Source: Octopus vulgaris
Lineage: Eukaryota
DNA: 64,000 nucleotides
Assembly: GCA_951406725.2 (NCBI GenBank)
Contig: OX597837.1
Coordinates: 31,682,001 to 31,746,000, forward strand
Direction: 5' to 3'
Of the stretch, positions 40,275 to 53,565 are shown one piece after another. The notes below the pieces were generated by a model. That model was not told where the DNA came from and ran no database searches. It saw only the letters and a program-made list of their open reading frames with translations. How positions within the stretch are numbered: position 1 is the first letter of the stretch; each line of letters begins with the position of its first letter. A program made the translations under genes and the position numbers.

Positions 40275-40706
40275 AAGGCAGCGAGCTGGCAGAATGATTA
40301 GCACGCCGGGCGAAATGCGTAGCGGTATTCCGCCTGCCGCTATGTTCTAAGTTCAAATTCCGTCGAGGTCGACTTTGCCTTTCATCCTTTCGGGGTCGAT
40401 TAAATAAGTACCAGTTACCCACTGGGGCCGATATAATCGACTTAATCCGTTTGTCTGTCCTTGTTTGTCCTCTCTGTATTTAGCCCTTTGTGGGTACTAA
40501 AGAAATGGGTATTTCATCTGCCGTTACGTTCTGAGTTCTAATTCCGCCGAGGTGGACAGACAAACGGATTAAGTCGATTATATCGACGCCAGTATGTAAC
40601 TGGTACTTATTTAATCGACCTCGAAAGGATGAAAGGCAAAGTCGACCTCGGCGGAATTTGAACTCAGAACGTAACAGCAGACGAAATTCTGCCAGCTCGC
40701 CGCCTT
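40275..40706. mobile_element. SINE family A composite: + copy with internal restart (40275-40553) fused to a - copy (40554-40706)
   Basis: Family A heads at both outer ends. Confidence 0.85.
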
Positions 40707-40908
40707 AGATACCGTCGGTATTTACATATCAAATTTGAGCGCAATCAGATGAAGGATGCCCGAGATCCTAGAAGACACACATACACACAGACAGAACGGA
40801 TTTTATATAATAGATTATCCAAGAATCATATTGTAACATATTTAAACAAAGTAGGCAAGTTGCTTGAAAGCTAACAACAGAGTAAAAAGTGCAAGTGGGG
40901 GAGAGAGA

Positions 40909-40951
<43 letters not shown>

Positions 40952-41143
40952 TGATATATGTATTGGAATTGTATATAAGTGTGCATACGCATATATATGT
41001 GTGTATTTGCATATATAAATGTGTATATGTATGTGTGTGTGCATTCAGGATTACATCAATTAATTTTAATCGCTTAAAACAATAGGGTCTCACGTGAATG
41101 AGATTTGGCTGCTATTTCTAGGAAGTCGAACAACCATGTAGAG

Positions 41144-41348
41144 CAGTAGTTCTCTAACATTCTGTTACTTACGGACTCATTTGATTCCCCTTTAACTCTA
41201 CTGGACCCTAATAAACATTCGATCTTTAAAAAAGGTCCCATAACATTCGATCTTTACCTTGGGTAAGTGTCTTCTAATATAGCCTCGGGCCGACCAAAAC
41301 CTTGTGAGTGGATTTGGTAGACGGAAACTGAAAGAAGCCCGTCATATA

Positions 41349-41423
<75 letters not shown>

Positions 41424-41790
41424 ATATGTTTGTGTCTGTCCCCCTAGCATTGCTTGACAACCGATGCTGGTGTGTTTACATCCCTGTCATTTAGTGGTTC
41501 GGCAAGAGACCGATAGAATAAGTACTGGGCTTACAAAGAATAAGTCCCGGGGTCGAGTTGCTCGATTAAAGGCGGTGCTCCAGCATGGCCGCAGTCAAAC
41601 GACTGAAACAAGTAAAAGAGTAAAAGAGTAATATTTTTATAATTAAATATTTTTAGGAACCGTATAAAAAAATATTATTAAAATATTTTGGGTTTTGTAG
41701 AAGTATAAGTAATTTATTGAACATAAAATTTAACAGCGAAACCTTATGTGGACCCTCAAGGGCCATATGAACCCCGGTTGAGAATCATTG
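41144..41790. mobile_element. Old hAT-like MITE interrupted by a family B SINE (41257-41630)
   Basis: Degenerate TIRs CAGTAGTTCTCTAAC and GGTTGAGAATCATTG. TSD not preserved. Confidence 0.55.
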
Positions 41791-42423
41791 GGGATGAGGC
41801 TCCCTGTTGGCTTGTTTGATCTCAGCTTCCACAAACAGTTAACGTTATTAAACTGTCGATCCGACTAATTCGTTTCCGACTGTTTCTAAGCAACTCTCTC
41901 CCATTACTAGGTCACGCCAAACTTCCACGTCTTTCGAAGGCGTCGTCTTGGGAGAGCCTCGATTTGATACCGTTACGTCTGCTCTAACATGGACTCCATT
42001 TTAAATAGTCAAACGCGTAATCTTCAATATATATTATTGTTATTTAAAGACGCAGCTATATAGACTTGGTGGCTATTAATAATATACTAGCTATGTCATC
42101 AAAATTTGATTATTATTAAGATTTCATCTTGTTTCCGGTTTCATTTCGCGTTCTTCGGTTTCTGAAATGAGAAAGCTTCAGACATATCAGACAAGTCTAA
42201 AACACACACACACACACACGTACACACACGTACACAAACGCGCACACACACACATACACACACATGCACACGCACACACACGCACGTACGCACGCACACA
42301 CACAGATGCACACAAACCCACACACAAACACAGACACACACACACACCTACGTATAAACATTCCTTCATACAATAACATACAGACATACACTCACATTCT
42401 CTGACGCACAGATTCAAAGAATG

Positions 42424-42638
<215 letters not shown>

Positions 42639-42695
42639 TATATATCTATCTATCTATCTATTATATATCTATCTATCTATCTATCTGTCTGTCTG

Positions 42696-42748
<53 letters not shown>

Positions 42749-42792
42749 GTCTGTCTGTCTGTCTGTCTGTATGTATGTATGTATGTATGTAT

Positions 42793-43298
42793 GTCTATAA
42801 TGGATGTGCTCAACGGAAGGTTGGACAAATCCACCCGTGCCCACCTCATCGAGAGCACAGATCTACCTGCAATGTTATATGGTAGTGAAACATGGACGAC
42901 AACAAAGAGGGAAGAGCAGAGACTGGTAACGGCTCGAAGAGCCATGGAAAGGCCAATGCTTGGAATCTCGTTGAGAGAGCACATCAGTAGCGAAGTCATC
43001 AGAGAGAAGTCCGGCGTGAGCGATGTCATCGCAAAATATACACGCAGCAAGTTTAGATGGGCTGGACACGTCGCCCGGCTCACCGATAATCGGTGGACGC
43101 ACGCAGTTGTCGAGTGGTACCCGCGTGAGCGGAAAAGACCACTAGGAAACCTCCACGACGGTGGAGTTACGATTTCAGGAAGACGATTGGGATCACGTGG
43201 ATGAGAAAGGCGCGATCCAGAGAGGAGTGGACAGCGTGCCGTGACCAGCGGTGTCAAATGGACGCCCCACGGACTGGTCGATCAAGGTGATCAAGGTG

Positions 43299-43300
<2 letters not shown>
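42793..43300 (+). mobile_element. RTE-clade LINE 3' fragment with (TCAAGGTGA)n tail
   Basis: LPAMLYGSETW, RAMER, KFRWAGHVAR, DNRW and WYPRERKRP. Confidence 0.92.
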
Positions 43301-43332
<32 letters not shown>

Positions 43333-43353
43333 ATATAATTTATTTATAGAAGG

Positions 43354-43404
43354 AGCTTCTACAGGACTAGAACTGTTTCATTCAAATGAAATCATCAGGA
43401 AGCT
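43354..43404 (-). ncRNA. Type I hammerhead ribozyme, canonical core
   Basis: AGCUUC-CUGAUGA-UUUCAUUUGAAU-GAAA-CAG-UUCUAGUC-CUG-UA-GAAGCU. Confidence 0.8.
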
Positions 43405-43537
43405 TGGTGTCAAGAATAGTTTTGGCATTTATACATTTCGGCAGATTTAATGGGGTGGTGGTGGGGGACTTTTTTGGGGTAGGCAGGGCACAAACTGTCT
43501 TTCCTAGGGAAGTGGTCAAAAGAATCAGTGATAAAGT

Positions 43538-43571
<34 letters not shown>

Positions 43572-43580
<9 letters not shown>

Positions 43581-44031
43581 TTGTGTTAGAAATACCAGCG
43601 ATTATAATTATTTTTATTTTATCGCAATTTGATTTGTTTACATATTTCTCGATAAATTTTGAGCGCTAGACGATATACCAGAAATCCCTAGTTTTGTCGG
43701 GACGTTCGGAGTCTGCGCAGTGATCTGATTAGTTAGAGAGAGTAAATCATTAGAAGCACATGCTTCTAGTGAGTTAGGATCTCAGAAAAACAGGGTCTCA
43801 CTGAAGAATTCTCCCTGAGCAAATAAATTATCTTTATTGCTGAAAAGAAAGAAACTGCAGTCTGAGAATAACCGAGTTAGTAAACGTTTTTATCTTCATT
43901 TCACTAAATTTATCTAGCTTCTGTGTTCCTAGCACATATTTCGCCTTAATGTACTGATATATGGAAAATATATGGCTTGTGTTAGAAATACCAGCGATTA
44001 TAATTATTTTTATTTTATCGCAATTTGATTT

Positions 44032-44036
<5 letters not shown>
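43572..44036 (+). mobile_element. Retrozyme-like non-coding element: 396-bp period, 69-bp identical terminal direct repeats, one HHR
   Basis: 43572-43640 equals 43968-44036. (TA)n on both sides. HHR at 43796-43867. Confidence 0.75.
43796..43867 (+). ncRNA. Type I hammerhead ribozyme, canonical core, GUC site (cleavage predicted after 43862)
   Basis: UCUCA-CUGAAGA-(43-nt helix II region)-GAAA-CUGCAG-UC-UGAGA. Confidence 0.82.
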
Positions 44037-44109
<73 letters not shown>

Positions 44110-44245
44110 ATATATGTATATATATATATATATGTATATATATATGTATATATATATGTATATATATATATGTATATATATGTATATATGTATATATATA
44201 TATGTATATATATATATGTATATATATATGTATATATATATGTAC

Positions 44246-44287
<42 letters not shown>

Positions 44288-44376
44288 ATATATATGTATA
44301 TATATATATGTATATATATATGTATATATATGTATATATATATATATGTATATCTGTATATATGTATATATCTCTT

Positions 44377-44477
<101 letters not shown>

Positions 44478-45044
44478 GTGTGTGTACACACATATATAAT
44501 ACCATAGGGAAATATACACACCCACACACCCACACATAAATGCAAGCAATGAGCTGCAAAATTTTTAACAGCCGTTTCGTTCTACTACAAGATTTATAAC
44601 ACCGATTCTGAAAATAAAATATTTTGAAATCAGCAATCCAATATGGCTTCCTTGTATTATCTCTTCCTTAATATTATATCAAAATATAGATAAAACAATA
44701 ATTAAAGTAAAAATTAAAGTATAGCTGTGATCGTCTGCGTCGGAAAATATCAGTCGTAAAGTTCGGAAAATTGGTAAAGAAGAATTCCAGCAGTATGATA
44801 GCATATGGTTGCCGATACCAGTGGAGGAGCTTTGTACGTTAAATATTTCCGTCTCAGGAGTTCTTGTGAGTATCATCAATTGATTTCTGTCAGAATGGCC
44901 ATCAATTTCATTGACGTTTTAGTCAGCTTGAAGAATAGAGCGGTTACTGAGCATATAATTCAATAGTATGGCTCCAGGATAACATTTCAAGTTATACAAG
45001 TGGACCACGCTTAATGGCCTGCCAGATTATAAACTTTTTCATTT

Positions 45045-45209
45045 GAGTGGCTGTGTGGTATGTAGCTTGCTAACCAACCACATGGTTCCCGGTTCAGTCA
45101 CACTGCGTGGCATCTTGGGCAAGTGTCTTCTGCTATAGCCCCGGGCCTACCAATGCCTTGTGAGTGGATTTGGTAGACGGAAACTGAAAGAAGCCTGTCG
45201 TATATATGG

Positions 45210-45249
<40 letters not shown>

Positions 45250-45396
45250 ATGTGTTTGTGTGTCTGTGTTTGTCCCCCCAATATTGCTTGACAACCGATG
45301 GTGGTGTGTCTACGTCCCCGTAACTTAGCGGTTCGGCAAAAGAGACCGATAGAATAAGTACTGGGCTTACAAAGAGTAAGTCCTGGGGTCGATTTT
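45045..45396 (+). mobile_element. SINE family B, ending in a (GTT)n/(GAT)n microsatellite
   Basis: Matches the family B sequence. Confidence 0.9.
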
Positions 45397-45403
45397 GTTG
45401 TCG

Positions 45404-45438
<35 letters not shown>

Positions 45439-45740
45439 GATAATGATGATGATGATGATGATGATGATGATGGTGGTGATGATGATGATGATGCTGATGA
45501 TGATGATGATGATGATGATGCTGATGATGATCATGTTGATGATGATGGTGATGATGATGATGATGATAATGATGATGATGATGACGAGGATGATGACAAC
45601 GACGACAACGATGTTGCTGTCCAGATGAAACCTTGATCGGGTTAAAGAAGAAGAAGAAGAGGCGTAGGTGGAGGAGATGAAAAAGTAGAAGGAAAAAAGT
45701 AAGAAAAGGAGAAAGAGATGAAGAAGAAAAAGAAGATAAA

Positions 45741-45902
45741 GCAGGAGTGGCTGTGTGGCAAGTACCTTGTTTACCAGTCACATTGTTCCAGGTTCAGTCC
45801 CACTGCGTGGCACCTTGGACAAGTGTCTTCAACTATAGCCTCGGGCCGACCAAAGCCTTGTGAGTGGATTTGGTAGACGGAAACTGAAAGAAGCCCGTCG
45901 TA

Positions 45903-45946
<44 letters not shown>

Positions 45947-46176
45947 CTTGTGTGTCTGTGTTTGTACCCCCAATATTCCTTGACAACCGATGCTGGTGTG
46001 TTTATGTCCCCGTTACTTAGCGGTTCGGCAAAAAAAGAGACCGATAGAATAAGTACTGGGCTTACAAAAAGAATAAGTCCCGGGGGGGGGGTCGATGTTG
46101 CTCGATTAAAAAAGGCGGTGCTCCAGCATGGTCGCAGTCAAATGACTGAAACAAGTAAAAGAGAATAAAAGAGTAA
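45741..46176 (+). mobile_element. SINE family B, full length
   Basis: Matches the family B sequence. Confidence 0.92.
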
Positions 46177-46260
46177 GATAAAGCAGGAAGAGAAGTAAGA
46201 AACATAGAACAACAACAACAACAACAACAACAAAAGCAACCTGTGCGAGACAATCTAAGC

Positions 46261-46469
46261 CAGGGGCGGGCGAACTTTTTTGATCCTGGGCCGCACAGTG
46301 CGTCTTTGGAACCTTGGCGGGCCTCATTTATAAAAATCAAGTGAAAATATTTTTAAAGGCGGTTATAGACCTATTAATACACACAATTGATTGAAAGGAA
46401 ATTTTGTGAAATATTCCTCTCGGCGGGCCGCATGAAAACCTATGGCGGGCCGTAGTTTGCCCACCCCTG
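46261..46469. mobile_element. hAT-type MITE, 209 bp, with 8-bp TSD
   Basis: TIRs CAGGGGCGGGCGAACT and AGTTTGCCCACCCCTG. TSD ATCTAAGC at 46253-46260 and 46470-46477. Subterminal GCGGGCC motifs. Confidence 0.93.
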
Positions 46470-47054
46470 ATCTAAGCCAACGAATCTATTAAAGATGCTG
46501 CGAACTCCCGATTCACTAAAACTACAGATTTTCTGTGTAACCAACGTCAGTTCAGTCTGAATGTCATGCTTCTCATCAACTCATTACAAGAAGCTGTCAT
46601 AAAGAAGTAAGCAGTTATTGACACAAATAGCGTGCCAAGTTTGTAATGAGAGAGAGAGAGAGGTTATGAAGCGAAATTATTAAAGACCAAATGTAAATAG
46701 ATGTAACCAGGCAGGTCTGTATAACTAATTTTTTTCACTGTGCCTCTGTCAATCTAAGATAATTGTGAAAATCCCTCGTTTGCAATCGACTTATTTGTCC
46801 AGTTAAAATTATGACCAAAAGTAAAATAAAAAGAAACGAAAAGAGAAAAACAAGGGGAAATGGAACATTTATGAAATAGCCATTTTCTTTTCTTTTTTTT
46901 TTTTTTTACTTTCTTGATCCTCAAACGTGAAGGCGGGAGTTTTTCCGTTATATTAATTAGAATCGGAGAGTTCTTAAATCAAATCATGTTTTTATATTTC
47001 ATATTGCCATCGTTAATTAGCCAGTGAGGAATAAAAATGTATGTATGCGAGAGA

Positions 47055-47255
47055 AGGCGCGTGGCTTACTGGTCAGGGTATACGTCTGACGATCGTGAGC
47101 TCGGTTCTCGGTAGCGCGTTGAGTCCGTGAACAAGATATTTCATTTTCCGAAGACGGCGCGTGGCTTACTGGTCAGGGTATTCGTCTCACCATCGAGAGT
47201 TCGGTTCTCGGCGGCGCGTTGAATCCTTGAACAAAACATTTTATTTTCCGAAGAC
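47055..47255 (+). repeat. Tandem duplication (about 100 bp) of a degenerate SINE family C head
   Basis: GGCGCGTGGCTTACTGGTCAGGGTAT...TTTTCCGAAGAC x2. Confidence 0.8.
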
Positions 47256-47687
47256 ATGTGCAAACGGTCACATTCTCGAATCGAACCCGCTACAAGATAC
47301 CTGTAAAGCAGTCACCTAAACTTTCGACATGCTTGGGGCCTTGGTCCTGACCAGACTAATAATTAACGAATATTTATTCGTACATACAATACGAGAGAAG
47401 AATAAGTCTAACTGCTTTACTGTTTTGCTATAATAGTTGTAATTCACGGAATTGCATTTCTGTCTACTTTCTAAACAAGACATTTGTGATTTATATGCGT
47501 TTACACAATCTAATCACCGTGATAAATATTTCTAGCGTATATTTATTCAATAAATGATAATGTCCTGATATGTTAGCGATTATTACCCCAGTGTAGTGTA
47601 CCAAGATAAGGTCAAGAATATTGCAGACCTGAAAATATGAGAATAAACTCTGCATGGTGTTCATTGATACGACGGTATGTGAATAGA

Positions 47688-48194
47688 AGGCGGCGAGCTG
47701 GCAGAAACGTTAGCACACCGGGCGAAATGCTTAGCGATATTTCGTCTGCGTTACGTTGTGAGTTCAAATTCCGCCGAGGTCGACTTTGCCTTTCATCCTT
47801 TCGGGGTCGATAAATTAAGTACCAGTTACGCACTGATGTCGATGTAATCGACTTAATCCGTGTGTCTGTCCTTGTTTGTCCTCTCTGTGTTTAGCCCCTT
47901 GTGGGTAATAAAGAAATAGGTATGTGAATATTTTTTATATTCACATACATATATTCACATAAGGCGGCGAGCTTGCAGAAACGTTAGCGTGCCGGGCGAA
48001 ATGCGTAGCCGTATTCGTCTGCCGCTACGTTCTGAGTTCAAATTCCGCCGAGGTCGACTTTGCATATCATTCTTTCGGGTTCGATAAATTAAGTACCAGT
48101 TACGCACTGGGGTTGATATAGTCGACTTAAAACGTTTATCTGTCTTTGTTTGTCCTCTCTGTGATTAGCCCCTTGTGGGTAATAAAGAAATAGG
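47688..48194 (+). mobile_element. Two full-length family A SINEs inserted successively at the same site (47688-47920 and 47961-48194)
   Basis: GGTATGTGAATA at 47674, 47919 and 48193. Confidence 0.92.
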
Positions 48195-48539
48195 TATGTG
48201 AATATTTTTTCTACTCTAGGCACAAGAACCGAAATTTTGGGGGAGGGGGCATGCATGCATGCATGTATGTATGTATTGCTTCGCATGCGTGCATGTATGT
48301 ATTGCTTCGCAACAACAGGGTTCCTAGTTCCGGGGGCTATAGAAGAAGAAACTTGCTCAAGTGGCAAGTGTTTTTTTAAGATAGCCCCGGGCGGACTGCG
48401 GCCGTGTGACAGGATTTCGTACACGGAAACTGAAAGAAGCCCACCTTATAATATCTTACAGCGCGGTGTTCCAGCATGGCCGCAGCCTGATAACTGAAAC
48501 AAGTAGAAGATAAAAGATACAAGATACATACATACATTG

Positions 48540-48592
<53 letters not shown>

Positions 48593-48610
48593 ATCTTTCT
48601 ATCTATCTAT

Positions 48611-48820
48611 AGTGGCTGTGTGGTAAGTAGCTCGCTTAGTAACCACATAGCTCCGGGTTCAGTCCCACTGCGTGGCACCTTGGGCAAGTGTCTTCTACTG
48701 TAGCCTCGGGCCAACCAAAGCCTTGTGAGTAGATTTGGTAGACGGAAACTGAAAGAAGCCCGTCGTATATATATATATATATATATAAATATATATATTC
48801 ATATATATATGTGTGTGTGT

Positions 48821-48864
<44 letters not shown>

Positions 48865-49089
48865 GTATGTTTGTGTGTCTGTGTTTGTCCCCCCAACATC
48901 GTTTGACAACCGATGCTGGTGTGTTTACCTGCCCGTAACTTAGCAGTTCGGCAACAGAGATCGATAGAATAAGTACTAAGTTTCCAAAGAATAAGTCCTG
49001 GAGTCGATTTGCTCGACTAAAGGTGGTGCTCCAGCATGGCCGGCAGTCAAATGACTGAAACGAGCAAAAGAGTAAAGAGTAAAAAGAGT
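48611..49089 (+). mobile_element. SINE family B
   Basis: Matches the family B sequence. Confidence 0.92.
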
Positions 49090-49106
49090 ATATATATATA
49101 TATATA

Positions 49107-49506
49107 TCTTTATATATAAAAGTGACGTTGTGTGTCTGTCTCCTACGATTTAGATTCCTAACTACTCCCACATTTTGCGGTGCAGTTTAACCAAAACCGG
49201 GTATCTTATAGTCGTGATTCATATCGAGCCCTTCTGGGTATTAGCGCGCGTCTACGATGAGTCTACGATTTAAAAAAAAATTACCATCTGTTTTTTCCAT
49301 TTTAATGCATTTTTTCGCAATTATATAAGGGAAGTAACTCTCTAAAAATGTCTACGATGAGTCAATGATTTAAAAAAAAATTTACCATAATTTTTTTTTC
49401 AATTTTTAATGCATTTTTTTTTGCTATTTTTTGGCTATAACTCTCTAAAAATGCTTATATAGTTATTTCCCTTACAAACCCGAGCAACGGCGGGCGATAC
49501 TGCTAG
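49107..49506 (+). mobile_element. Non-autonomous Helitron, 400 bp
   Basis: 5' TC, 3' GC-rich hairpin then CTAG, inserted between A and T, no TSD. Second copy at 54514-54912. Confidence 0.9.
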
Positions 49507-49803
49507 TATATATATATATACAGAGAGAGAGAGAAAGAGAGAAAGAGAGGGAGAGAGAGATAGAAAGAGAAAGAGGTTATCGTAATGACATCGAAACATA
49601 GAAAATGTGTTATTTGTATACGTGTTTATGCATTAGAATATTAACTTGAATATTACTTAAATAGAATGACCGTACTGTGCATACACACGCAGGCACGTGA
49701 GGGCACACGCACACACGCGCATGCGCAAGCACACACATGCATATCAATTTTCCATTATATATATATCTATATGTGTGTGTGTATATATATATGTATATGT
49801 GTG

Positions 49804-49835
<32 letters not shown>

Positions 49836-49844
49836 AGTATATAA

Positions 49845-49894
<50 letters not shown>

Positions 49895-50027
49895 ATTTAT
49901 ATATATATATGTATATATATATATAAGTATATATATATATACTTATATATATATACATATATATATACATATATATATACTTATATATATATATATACAT
50001 ATATATATATACATATATATATGTAAA

Positions 50028-50148
<121 letters not shown>

Positions 50149-50512
50149 ACTTGCACCTATCAATATTTATTGCATTTATTAATTATTTTCAGTGGATTAC
50201 GATTCCCACGTATTTCACTGCAGACACGTGATAATACTGCGGCGAAGTTATGTGTTTTGCTATTCCACGAGGAAATGTTTGTCATCTCGTACTAATGCAG
50301 TATCGGCGACCATATACGCACATTCATAGTCAAGCGCGCGCACACCTTTTGTCACACCCAAACGCACACACGCACGCACGCACATACACATATAACATAC
50401 ACACACACACTCACGCAAGCATGAATGCATGCATGAGTGCCAACGTACGTAAATGCATAAGCATAAGTATATTTATAAGCATATATACATATATACATAC
50501 ATATATATATAC

Positions 50513-50879
<367 letters not shown>

Positions 50880-51149
50880 TACATTAATATACATACTCGC
50901 GCATATATATGTACATATATATGCATTCATAGACACATACACACACGTATATACCTGCATACATACATACATACATACATACAAACACACATGTATATAT
51001 ATATGTGTGTGTCTGTGTATACGCACATAAAAACGCATATATTCATAAACACACGTATGTATGCATGCTTACAAGCATACATACTTGTACACATAAACAC
51101 AGTGTGTGTATGTATATATATTTATCTCTCTCTTTCTTTCTCTCTCATC

Positions 51150-51212
<63 letters not shown>

Positions 51213-51644
51213 CTGTTCGTCTAGTATGTTGATTTTTGTTCATTTTTATGTATCTTGAATTATGCTTGCACTGAAGATTAAAAAGTGCATTTCGTGCACA
51301 AATTATGAAATCATATGATATGCAGCTGAATTCTGTTTTTAACATACTCGTTTCGAGAGTTGCATTCCCTCGTATTCAGTACAATGTGTTTATTTATTAT
51401 GGTAGTTTTGACTTTAAGAGTCCCTCCTAGCGTGAGCCGTTTATGTATAATAATGCCCTTAATATAAATAAACATATTTAAGAGAAATAATTAATGGATT
51501 TTTCCCTTATGAGGTTTTTCACGCTAGCTACTTAATAAATTCTTGTACAAAATTGATCCGATTCTTCAATTATATATATATATATTTCGTTTTGGGATTT
51601 GGTTTGCAAGATTCTTTATATGAGTTCGTATGTTGAAGCATATT

Positions 51645-51866
51645 CTGTTGTGTCTGGGGAGAGTCATTCTCTGTTAGTGCCTTATTATTTAACACACTCA
51701 CCTGTAAAATTTCCACTTATTTCTTCTTTAGTCAAGACTATTGAAAAGGTTGCAGGACGCAACGAAAATTTTAGGAAAATAAAAATAAGAAATAAGCGGA
51801 AATTTTACCAGTGAGTGTGTTAAATAATAAGGCACTAAAAGAGAATGACTCTCCCCAGACACAACA

Positions 51867-51867
<1 letters not shown>
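51645..51867. repeat. Inverted repeat (arms about 81 bp) with an HHR-like core in the spacer
   Basis: Arms 51645-51725 and 51787-51867. Spacer has UUGAAAA-G-GUUGC-AGGAC-GCAAC-GAAA. Confidence 0.88.
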
Positions 51868-51911
<44 letters not shown>

Positions 51912-51960
51912 TACATACACACACGCACACACACACACGCACATATATATATGTGTATGA

Positions 51961-52009
<49 letters not shown>

Positions 52010-52657
52010 TTCTTACACATATATGTACCTATGTAATCTAGGTTTATTTTTCTGTCACCAAATAAAATACAACTTTCTATCAGTTGCGAATTTCGGTTGC
52101 ACGTCGTTATATACAACACGTATTCACTGATTAATCGAAATTCACACAATTTTCCTTCCGTAGTTTATTCCCTTTTTATCTCCTTATATTTCTTTACGGT
52201 TTAATGTCTATAAATAACAAACTAAAATAATATAAGCGGAATTAATGGGTGTGTCTTACATTAGATATTTATTTCTGTACGATGTTTCTAGAGATGTTTA
52301 TGTTTTGAGCAAATTCACGACGACGTTATTAATAGAATATTATTATTTTATAATTTGTCGCCATATTCTCGATACTTTTAAGACTTATTTTTGGTGGTTT
52401 TAGATAATGACAGGAAATTAAATCATCGATGTTTTTCTAGTTTCTTATTGTTGATCTAACGATTGGGGGGGGGGGGGCGGTTTGTTACGTTAGTGTTAAC
52501 ATGTTTAATGTAAGTACAGTTCAAAAGATAACTGGAAATAATTACGTGAAGAATAAGAAAATAGAATTAATCAGTGATTAATAATATTATTTGCCTACGT
52601 TTGGAAGTAGGGGAGACAACTGCGTAATGTTTCGGTATTATTCTTTTCGGTATTATT

Positions 52658-52988
52658 CAGTGGTTAGAGCGTCGAGCTTACGATCGTGAGGTTGTGAGCT
52701 CGAATCCCGGTCTGGGCTGCGTGTTGTGTTCTTGAGCAAAGCACTTTATTTTTCACGTTGCTCCAGTTCACTCAGCTGTAGAAATGAGTTGCGACGTCAC
52801 AGGTACCAAACTGTATCGACCTTTGCCTTTCCCTTGGATAACACTGGTGGCGTGGAGAGGGGAGACTGGTATGCATGGGCGACTGCTGGTCTTCCATAAA
52901 AACAACCTTGCCCGGACTTGTGTCTAGGAGGGTAACTTTCTAGGTGCAATCCCATGGTCATTCATGACCGAAGGGGGTCTTTACCTTT
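52658..52988 (+). mobile_element. SINE family C, nearly full length
   Basis: Near-identical to 9227-9522, plus the head. Confidence 0.88.
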
Positions 52989-52989
52989 A

Positions 52990-53377
52990 TTCTTTTCTAC
53001 TCTATGTACAAGACCCGAAATTTTGGGGGAGGGGGCGAGTCGATTAGATCGACTCCAATATGCAACTAGTACTTAATTTATCGATCTCGAAAGGATGAAA
53101 GGCAAAGTCGACCATGACGGAATTTGAACTCAGAACGTAGCGGCAGACAAAAATACCTATTTCTTTACTACCCACAAGGGGCTAAACACAGAGGGGACAA
53201 ACAAGGACAGAAAAACGGATTAAGTCGATTATATCGACCCCAGTGCGTGACTGTTACTTATTTAATCGACCCCGAAAGGATGAAAGGCAAAGTCAACCTC
53301 GGCGGAATTTGAACTCAGACGAAATACCGATAAGCGTTTCGCCCGGCGTGCTAACGATTCTGCCAGCTAGCTCCCTT
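52990..53377 (-). mobile_element. SINE family A tandem (two units)
   Basis: Two Meta-like domains joined at AAATACCTATTTCTTT. Confidence 0.85.
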
Positions 53378-53520
53378 ATGTTTCGGTATTGTTTTGACAG
53401 CCATCAACGAAGCTAAGACTTCAACGTTTCTGTGGAAGTTGCAGCGGTTGTTTCATTGTTGATGCTCTGTCAACGACGCTCCAATTGTGCCTATTCAGAT
53501 CACAGTATTAGATATGCATA

Positions 53521-53565
<45 letters not shown>

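Noticed and set aside
45098-45781. Poly-His/poly-Gln protein on the minus strand
   Set aside because: (GAT)n/(GTT)n microsatellite between two SINEs, with no splice or homology support.
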